Of a DNA stretch of 64,000 nucleotides, positions 52,705 to 64,000 are shown piece after piece. The stretch lies in assembly GCA_964016885.1 (NCBI GenBank), contig OZ024742.1, positions 209,250,001 through 209,314,000 on the forward strand, written 5' to 3'. The stretch's first letter is position 1. The number at the start of each line of letters is the position of its first letter. This stretch comes from Eledone cirrhosa. Its lineage: Eukaryota. The position numbers and the translations under genes are program-made. The notes beneath the pieces are model-generated. The model searched no databases, was not told the origin of the DNA, and was given only the letters and a program-made list of their open reading frames with translations.

Positions 52705-54650
52705 CTGTCAGTTATTCCTTAGTGGGTCGTGGGGACAGTGTCCTCAAACACTTTTTCCAGCAAACCCTTTCAGAAGCACTCGTTTCCAACTGATCTAACT
52801 GGATCCCCAACCGAGATCAGCCAAGCTCACAGATTTTATACAAGTATCTTACTTGTGGTCGACCCCCGAGTCTCCTGCCGATTGCTATCGCCTTTATAAT
52901 CTGCCCATAGTATCGAAGCTGTGATCTCCCAATTCGGATGAGTAGCAGTTTTACCTGGAATGACGCTCTGATCTCCTAGCAAAGCCTGGAATCTAGTTTC
53001 GTTATTCCAAAGATCCTTCGGGGAAATCCCATTTTGGTCGCTTGTATTCGCGATTGAATTCTTTCTGGCATTACCCAAAATTCATGACCATAGGTAAGGG
53101 TTGGCACGAATACCGAATTGAAGAGAGCGAGTTTGGTTGTTACGCCTACCTCGCTATTGATTCCTGAATACTGAAGGTGGCGCACCACTGCAGCAGCTCC
53201 TGCAATTATTGCACATAACTTAGCCTCATGCCTTTTCTCACTCGTGAAGACGACACCAAGATACTTGACCTTTTCTACCTGTTTCAGTGGAACTCCATTC
53301 ATATGTAGAGTGCACTACGCAGACTTCTTTCTAGCACTGATTTTCATTCCAGCCATGCAGCACTCGGCATCAAACCTATCAAATGTAAGACGGAGATCCC
53401 CTTCAGTTGAGTTAAGAATACCATCTCGTCTGCAGCCGACTGATTTTACACCGGACAGTCATAAGAGCTGACAGTGCGCATCTGTGGTGAAGTTCGACTC
53501 ATACATTGAATAGTATTAACTTAGCACCATTTATCCGAACACAAATACTCGCGAATTCGTATAGTGATATTAGGGCAGCAAGAAGATCCATACTCCTGCA
53601 CAACCTTCCACAGCAGATCCCGAGGAACGCGATCATATGCCTTTTCGACGTCGACTGTGTGAATATTTCGTCGGCTGTGCTGCATCTCTTTTCCAGATAC
53701 TTAGCATGGACTTTACCGGGGAGGCTTGACAAAGAGATTCCTCTATAATTGGAACAATTTCCCTTGTCTCGCTTTTTGAAAATTGGGATTATCACTCCCC
53801 ATTGTTATTGCCTATGTGCTTTTCCGGAGATCCAGGTCATCCAGCACACACGAAACAGCCAGAGAATACCTTCTCTATTTAAGGCTTTCATCTTCCTCAG
53901 CGACCTTTCCACAATGTAGCTCTTTAATTTCTGTTCTGACCTCGGCCTCTGTGAGATTAGTCACCACTCCCAAATGCCCCTCGTGTAAATCAGAAAATGC
54001 TGTTATGATTGGGTTAAACAGATTAGCAAAGTATTCTCTCTACCTCGTTAGGAAGCGCCTCTCTGAAGAGAGAAGAACCACAGACGCCTTCTTGGGGGCA
54101 TAATATCCCCTTATACTATGTATATGCATGGATATCTCTGTGCTGGAAGAAGGTGTTCGTAATAGAGAGTCCATTGCTAGAACAGAAGTCTAGTAAGGCC
54201 CTCTCTATTCGTATTTTCATCGGGATTGCCATCCCTCCCAGTCACTCATTTCCATGTCATGTGGCCAGTGCCAACATACCTATTGAAATCTCCCATAAGG
54301 ATATATGACTCACTTTTAACTACATCTAACGCTTCAGTCACTTCCTCAAGGAAGGATCAATATTCGGACTCATTGTTTGCTCAACCCAGATACCTATCTT
54401 TCAGCCTAATCTTTAAGAAGAAAATCCTCCCTCCTAATGGTATCCAGCCAATAACACATTCCGAGAGCCGGGGGCCGGTGAGTATCCCCACTCCCACCTA
54501 CGCAGTCATTTCTGTTGTCACACCGGAATAGTAGAGTTTCCATCCTCCCTCCAATTTTACAGTATCAGAACCTCCGAACTTTGTGGAGGAGACCCCGACT
54601 ATATCTAGTCTTTAGCAATAGTTCCTGTGCCTGACCTGTAAGGTTTGTGA
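52705..54650 (-). mobile_element. Degenerate RTE-type LINE, tail-to-tail with the Tx1-like element
   Basis: PIFKK.DK..CSNYRGISL.SLPGKV, KYLGVVFTS, LFNSVFVPTLTYGHEFW. Confidence 0.85.
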
Positions 54651-55247
54651 TGTCCCAAGTTCTCATGGTTCTCCTGATTTACTCCATTTTACTCCTTGGT
54701 GTCGCGGGATACGTAATCTGTGTGCGTCCATCCCACATCTCCCAGGTCAAGTCGAAGGCCAATCGCATGTTTTTGCGACGTGAAATGGAGCCTGCAATAA
54801 ACTTTTCCAACAGGTATCTCTTCCTAAGGCAGACCGCTTTTCTTGTTAACCCACGCGAAGGACGATGCAGTATGGTTCTTTTTGGTTTTCCTCACCATAT
54901 TACAGTTGCAGTTTCAGTAGACTTATTCATGACAGTCACCAGACGGGTACCTTGTCAAACCCATGGAGACTAGGATCATTTAGAGGCGGTCTTTAATCGC
55001 CTCATCATAGCTACGTCACTGGGTTCTGAGAGTTGTCTTGGGAATAACAAGTGTCACTCATTGCTCCGTCTCCTCTACTAATTTACCGCTGTTGGGCTGG
55101 GGTTTCTTATTCGTCTGGCAGGTGCCCGCTTACAAAGCAACTAGCCATCATATCTGGTGGCCGTATGGCTATCCACCACCTTTGACCCGTTCTCTAGAAG
55201 ACCAGCTCTGCCGTGAAATATATATATATAAACATATAATATATATC

Positions 55248-56220
55248 GACAACGCTGTCTGGCATCAAGTGAAGCTCCCAGTGAGGTTCGGTGGCCTCGT
55301 CCTCCGATCCGCTTCGGATTCGGCTCTCCAGTCACGCTCTCGTCAGCGAAACTGATGTTACCCTACAGTTCGAAAAGGCTCAGGATGTCTAGACACTTAA
55401 AGGCCTCTCTATCCCCCAGCATACAAATATCCAGCAGAAACGGGACGACATCAAATCCTTCAGGCGCCTCGAGTCTGGCTTGGATCAACATCGCCTCGCC
55501 TACCTCCGATCCTCTTCTCAGCCAAACAGCGAGGCGTTTCACAATTCGGTGCCTTCATCAACCGGTATCCTTCTTGATGACAATTGTACTCGCTTCAGAG
55601 TGGCCCAACGCCTCGGCCTCCACGTATTTGAGCCATATAAATGCCTGCACCCACTCTGTTGCGCCAGAGCGTAGGCCGGTTCCTCCAACATGCCGCTCTC
55701 AATGTCATATTGAGAAGGTTGCTGGACGCAGCTGGTTTCCCATCACAACTGGAGCCAGCAGCTCTCGGTGGTGGAGACGGCAAGCGCTCTGATGGAATTA
55801 TCCTCTTCCCATTCGAAGGAGGTAGATCCCTCATCTACGACGCCACATATTGTGACACATTCTCCACTTCCAGGTTAGTCGCTTCGGCCACAAGCCCCGG
55901 TACTGCGGCCCGCAATGCTAAAGTAAAGATGACAAACAAATACCGGTCGCCGTCGAGATCTCGTACTTCCCAGCTCCTCCGCAAGGTCTGAACGCCAGCA
56001 GCACGTCTGAGAAAGAAGCCCCATGATGGGATGGCTGCTGCAGCGGAAATGCTTTTGCGGCCTTGTCCGCGGGGCGCAGTCCCAACACCGACGCGCCGTA
56101 GGCCTAGAGCCCATCACCTTCCTCCTCCCATTCTTCTGTGACCCTAGAGCATTTGCCTTTCACTTTCTGTTCTGTTTTCATAACCACAAAATACTTTTTT
56201 TATCATAAAACATTAAAAAA

Positions 56221-56222
<2 letters not shown>
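55248..56222 (+). mobile_element. CRE-type (restriction-like endonuclease) non-LTR 3' fragment
   Basis: WHQVKLPVRFGGL, RFRVAQRLGL, HAALNVILRR..LEP..DGKRSDG..PF..G..LIYDATYCDT; TA-flanked. Confidence 0.75.
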
Positions 56223-56256
<34 letters not shown>

Positions 56257-56407
56257 TAGAATTGGAGCTCTGAAATAGCAATATATATATGGATGTATAT
56301 ATAATGTATTTTGCAATACACTTTATGCTTAATTAAAAGCATTTTGAAGACCGTAAGCTATTGTTTTAAAGTAGTGACAAATTCACTCACTTTGATCTCA
56401 GCAAACA

Positions 56408-56469
56408 GGGGAGATAAGCCGACAAGTCTTGTTTCGCTTTGGTTGAAGCTTATCAAGGCCAACTACCCC
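56408..56469 (-). ncRNA. Hammerhead, U3-A8 core, GUC site
   Basis: Reverse complement of 56961-57022. Confidence 0.8.
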
Positions 56470-56960
56470 ACCTGTTTACTGAGATAATTGATGTTATATT
56501 CTTATAGAAATCTAGTAAATAATCAGGAGCTGATTATGCAGAGCGGTTGTTGGTCAGGCAGAAATTAAAAATTAGAATTGGAGCTCTGAAATAGCAATAT
56601 ATATATGGATGTATATATAATGTATTTTGCAATACACTTTTTGCTTAATTAAAAGCATTTTGAAGACCATAAGCTATTGTTTTAAAGTAGTGACAAATTC
56701 ACTCACTGTTTGCTGAGATCAAAGTGAGTGAATTTGTCACTACTTTAAAACAATAGCTTACGGTCTTCAAAATGCTTTTAATTAAGCATAAAGTGTATTG
56801 CAAAATACGTTATATATACATCCATATATATATTGCTAATTCAGAGCTCCAATTCTAATTTTTAATTTCTGCCTGACCAACAACCGCTCTGCATAATCAG
56901 CTCCTGATTATTTACTAGATTTCTATAAGAATATAACATCAATGATCTCAGTAAACAGGT

Positions 56961-57022
56961 GGGGTAGTTGGCCTTGATAAGCTTCAACCAAAGCGAAACA
57001 AGACTTGTCGGCTTATCTCCCC
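56961..57022 (+). ncRNA. Hammerhead, U3-A8 core, GUC site (cleavage predicted after 57009)
   Basis: gggg tagttg gcc TTGATAA gctt caacca aagc GAAA CAAGACTTG TC ggc ttatct cccc; stem I extends about 16 bp further. Confidence 0.82.
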
Positions 57023-57276
57023 TGTTTGCTGAGATCAAAGTGAGTGAATTTGTCACTACTTTAAAACAATAGCTTACGGTCTTCAAAATGCTTTTAATTA
57101 AGCAAAAAGTGTATTGCAAAATACATTATATATACATCCATATATATATTGCTATTTCAGAGCTCCAATTCTAATTTTTAATTTCTGCCTGACCAACAAC
57201 CGCTCTGCATAATCAGCTCCTGATTATTTACTAGATTTCTATAAGAATATAATATCAATGATCTCAGTAAACAGGT

Positions 57277-57338
57277 GGGGTAGTTGGCCTTGATAAGCTT
57301 CAACCAAAGCGAAACAAGACTTGTTGGCTTATCTCCCC
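57277..57338 (+). ncRNA. Hammerhead, U3-A8 core, GUU site (cleavage predicted after 57325)
   Basis: Copy of 56961-57022 at +316. Confidence 0.78.
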
Positions 57339-58949
57339 TGTTTGCTGAGATCAAAGTGAGTGAATTTGTCACTACTTTAAAACAATAGCTTACGGTCTTC
57401 AAAATGCTTTTAATTAAGCATAAAGTGTATTGCAAAATACATTATATATACATCCATATATATATATATATATATATGATTGGAAATTTAGTAAAATCGA
57501 ATCTCTGGCGGTTTGCAAGCAAATTCGGCCTACTTATATGAAATGATGAGTTAGCAAAGCACTCGATAAGGTAGGTCCTTAGAGTAATAACATACGTTTA
57601 AATAGCTTGACAAATCGAACATTGTGGTAGGCAAAATCTAACACAATAATATACCAAAGTAACGATAGAACTAACAGGTTGAGAAAAATACACCTGGACA
57701 AATCAAACGATTATACGTTTAAAGTGTTTCTTTGAATCTGAAATCAAATATCAGACTTACGTGACTGGCAAGCTCGTGGTATTATGATCGAATAGAGGAT
57801 TCAGTTCTTCAACAGGTTTTTGTTCTACCAAGGACGGGGTGATAGGCTAAATGTTGCCGCTAGTTGCAGTGTATCGTATCTATAGCTGTCACGTGTTAAT
57901 ACATTATGAGATAAGGAAATTTATCTTCAAAATGATTTTATTTCATGTCGGATGTTATATATTTGAGAGATGATCAGCTCCCTCTGTATCGATGGTCTCA
58001 TCTGACATGTAGATTTCAGCAGAAACATCTCCATCTCGGTGGTATTCAACATTCTACTTCTCTCTAATATAACCGGGAATATATTGGAAACATTCGCGTG
58101 AATCAACTAGTCCTGATGCTGCAAACGAACGAACAGAAAATCAATTATTGTCAGAGCACCGAACAAAATGCTTCCCTGCATTTATTCCGTTTTTTTTTTG
58201 TTTTTTTTTTTATTTTACACTCTAAGTTTACATCTAGCGGAGATCTGCTTTGCCTTTCATCTTTACAAGTATTGGGGCATATGCAATAGATATGACTGTC
58301 TCTCTTAACAATTGCTGATCTTGTGCCTAAATTATATACCATTAATATTAGTAGTATTAAAATAATCATCATTATTATCATCATCATTATCATTGATTTC
58401 ATCATATTCATTAGCACGTCTCTTCAACAAATAGTACGTTTGGATTTCACAAGTCACATTCTTGCTGCTTAATTATTTGAAAGCCACTTTGGAGTAAAAG
58501 GTTTTTTTTAATGTTATAAATGAGCATTACGCATGACAGATCTTAACTGTCTTAATATATCATCAATGATGCATTAATGTATTTTTATTACAATTTTTAA
58601 AGGCAGGAGATAGTGTCTGGATCAAACAATAATTTGTGTATGACCTTGATATAATAAACTCCTTTAGGTTTAATTGTTTCGTTGTCCCATGATTCTACTG
58701 TATTATATACTTGCTGAATGAACACATACCAACTGGATTCATGAGCAAATAACCATTGGGATTTCAGTTATCTATGTTTTACTTATAAACTAAACTTCGT
58801 TTTAACAGACGCTATAAGTAGAGAATTGAACTTTCATTATTTTGGTTTAAATAGTGAGAATATTTCTAAACTCAATTTTGTTATTCATTGTCTTAACACT
58901 GAAAATTAAAATTGTCGAGGAAAAGTGCCAGTGAAGTGCCAACAAACTG

Positions 58950-60780
58950 ACAGGTATAAACGACCACACCGGCCCAACGGCGGCACGAAAACGCCGACGT
59001 AATGTTATGTGGTTCCTTCCCCCCTACTCTAGGAGTATAGCCTCTAACATACCTAGAATCTTCTTCGACGCCTTAGAGAGGAACTTCCCGCCTAACCATA
59101 GGTACCATGAGATCCTCAACAAGTGTAACGTCAAAATATCTTACTTTACTACACCTAATTTAGCCGACCTCATAGCACTTAGTAACCACAATAAGCTCAC
59201 TACAGTAAAGCCAACCCGTAATACCAACATTAGTGAATCTGGCTACCCTGATAACCTTAACAACTCCGTTGGCCATAATAGTAGCAGTAATAGAAACCAG
59301 GACAGTAATCACAGTATTAGCAATAACGTCTACAATAGCAACACCATAGAGACTAACCGCAGCACTAGTAGTGGAGCTGGTTACCAGGTTAGAAACCATA
59401 GCAGCGATAACAGCAGCTGTAGAAGGCGCCATAATAGGAACAATAGAATTAGCACCATATCGTAGGACTATAACTATAATAATTGTTTCTACTTTTGGCA
59501 CAAGGCCAGCATTTACCCAGTGCATTACTGGTACTTTATTTTATCGACCCCGTAAGGATGAAAGGCAAAGATAACCTCGGCGGCATTTGAACTCAGATCA
59601 TAAAGGGAGGTAACTCTATGCTTCAAAGCATGGCGTCCGACCCTTACCGATACTGCCAATCCATCGCCCTATCATTATAATAATGCCAACCGCAACAATG
59701 ACGACAATGGTGATGGTGATAATGATAGTAGTAAGGATAGCAGCGAACATCACCACATTAGAAATAGCAACAAAAAAACACTGCAATTGCTGAAACCCCA
59801 ACAACTGTCCACTCCAAGGCCACTGTTTGATTAAAAACGTAATCTATAAATGCACTGGAACGAGTTATAATAGCACAAGGTCATACATAGGCGCCACTTC
59901 TAGAGAGTTCAAGACTAGATTTAGAACACATTTCCCCTCCTTTAGGAAAAAAGAAACTAAGATTCTCTACCTCCCTCGCTAATTACATTACTCAATTAAC
60001 TGACTCTAACAGTAGCTATACCACACAATGGGGAATTGTTAACCAAGTAGCCCCCATATAATTCCAGGAAAAATTGCCAGCTCTGATTAATGGAATTATA
60101 CTATATAGTACAAGCACCCCAGGAACTCATTAATAGTCGGGCTGAAACGGTTATCAATTGCGGCTACAGACTGCAGCACACCTTCCACAGATGGTCCCCC
60201 GAACCTGAATAACATCATATCTCCACAGCTTTCTGCATCACACCTCAATTTGGTCCACCTGCAATAAGTATAACAATGTTCAGAGTCTAATGACAATATC
60301 AACCATCCATCGGTTTCCCACGAAAGCACTGCGCAGCACGTACTGAGTTACACTCACTCTGCACAGTCTAGTACCGTATAATTACCTCCCTTAGTGGATT
60401 ATGTCCCTTTCACCGACGCCATTGTGTTTACACTTTTCGGGCTAAATGCAGCTAAATGTTTAAAAATTCTCAACGGTATCTATACTTACTGATGTAATCA
60501 TAATAACTTCTGCCTCTCCGAAGAGCCTCCTGAGTGAAACATGTGTAAAAGCTATATAAAGGACTTATTTTAACGACTTGTAACTCATTCATTCACTTAT
60601 TCATTTGCTTATTCCCGCTCTGCTTAGACCATACGCTAAATATTAACTTCCTCTAATATTTAACCCTGCTAACCCAAGCATCGAGTGCACCACGCTTCGG
60701 CTATTGGCATTTAGTATTCTGTATCGCACCTCTTTGCACCTTTCTGCTTCATCCTCTCTTACGATACTTAAACCCAATTA
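58950..60780 (+). mobile_element. PLE 3' portion (thumb, linker, GIY-YIG, 3' UTR), family of 9200-11641
   Basis: WFLPPYSRS..ISYFTTPNL; CNC..NCPLQGHCLIKNVIYKC..SYIGATSREFKTRFRTH; degenerate HHR-like CCGAAGA..GAAACATGTGTA at 60511-60553. Confidence 0.9.
59478..59670 (-). mobile_element. SINE family A inserted in the PLE linker
   Basis: Multi-copy identity within the window. Confidence 0.9.
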
Positions 60781-60800
60781 TTATTATTATTATTATTAAA

Positions 60801-60986
60801 AGGTCGGTGGATTGGCAGTATCGGTAGAGGGTCAGACACCATGCTTTCCAGCATAGTTACGTCCCTTTACGATCTGAGTTCAAATCCCGCCGAGGTTGAC
60901 TTTGCCTTTCATCCTTACGGGGTCGATAAAATAAAGTACCAGTAATGCACTGGGTAATTTCTGGCCTTGTGCCTAAAGTAGAAACA

Positions 60987-61023
<37 letters not shown>

Positions 61024-61324
61024 AGGGCAGTGGATTGGCAGTATCGGTAGAGGGTCGGTCGCCATGCTTTGACGCATAGAGTTACGGCCCTTGCCATTCT
61101 GAGTTCAAATTCCGCCGAGGTTAACTTTGCCTTTCATCCTTACGGTAATACACTGGATAATTGCTGGTCTTGTGCCAAAAGTAGAAACAATTATTATTAT
61201 TATTAGATGGTTCAAATCCCGCCGAGGTTGACTTTGCATTTCATCCTTACGGGGTCGATAAAATAAAGTACCAGTAATACCCATGATATAATTGCTGGCT
61301 TTGTGCCAAAAGTATAAACAATTA

Positions 61325-61325
<1 letters not shown>
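60801..61325 (+). mobile_element. Three tandem SINE family A copies joined through (TTA)n tails
   Basis: 60801-61000, 61025-61203 and partial 61210-61325. Confidence 0.9.
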
Positions 61326-61363
<38 letters not shown>

Positions 61364-61366
<3 letters not shown>

Positions 61367-61440
61367 TAAAAGAGAAAACACAGGTAAGCATTAATAGAAG
61401 GATTTTATCTTAATGCCTACCTGTGTTTTCTCTTTTATAC
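61364..61440. repeat. 31-bp-arm inverted repeat next to (TA)n
   Basis: gtataaaagagaaaacacaggtaagcattaa / ttaatgcctacctgtgttttctcttttatac. Confidence 0.85.
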
Positions 61441-61568
61441 TTTATACTCCAAGATTGAACGGAATTCTTACAAACTTGTGGAGTTACCCCTAACCGTACG
61501 TTGAAACCATCCATGAAACTGGCTTTCTTAACCAAGAACTGGATCACAATAAGCAATTTTTTGCTTCT

Positions 61569-63952
<2,384 letters not shown>

Positions 63953-64000
63953 ACATAATAAACAACGCAATATAATTTTTCCATTACCAAAGGTCTCAAG

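Larger units (their letters stand above)
56251..57460. mobile_element. 316-bp HHR tandem unit in direct and inverted arrays (retrozyme-like or PLE-derived non-autonomous element)
   Basis: Unit starts at 56251 and 56567; inverted units 56864-57179 and 57180-57460; palindrome arms 56251-56707 and 56723-57179; TA-flanked. Confidence 0.92.

Noticed and set aside
56862-57435. Two 85-aa ORFs in the 316-bp unit
   Set aside because: Non-ATG starts, antisense to the ribozyme, no recognisable domain
57525-57580. SECIS- or HHR-like hairpin
   Set aside because: Helix too short for a SECIS; lacks GAAA and CUGANGA
56251-61325. CRISPR-like or other prokaryotic array
   Set aside because: No repeat-spacer structure or cas genes; the repeats are SINEs and HHR units in eukaryotic DNA

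Overview
AT-rich eukaryotic genomic DNA, most likely from a cephalopod such as Octopus (inferred from the SINE types and the (TA)n/(TG)n load). No host gene can be confidently identified; there is one weak candidate exon at 32918-33100. The window is a nest of transposons. It holds at least seven Penelope-like element (PLE) copies or fragments, including a near-intact YRDD RT + GIY-YIG element with tandem pseudo-LTRs at 15113-19026. It also holds two Tx1/L1-type LINEs, two R4/Dong-type LINEs, three RTE-type remnants, a CRE-type fragment, an internally deleted Helitron, a MITE and about 15 SINEs. The main signal the ORF track misses is RNA structure. Reading both strands by eye gives about 25 type I hammerhead ribozyme (HHR) motifs, whole, variant or half, nearly all next to (TA)n runs. 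These include a 316-bp non-coding tandem unit with a compensatory U3-A8 core (a retrozyme/circRNA candidate), a family with a fixed CAGAAGA (U4A) core in a 1.85-kb palindrome, and HHRs with very long stem II. Several fold-back palindromes turn at or just beside ribozyme features. All ribozyme calls are manual folds and activity is untested. Most ORF-track entries are microsatellite or antisense artefacts.
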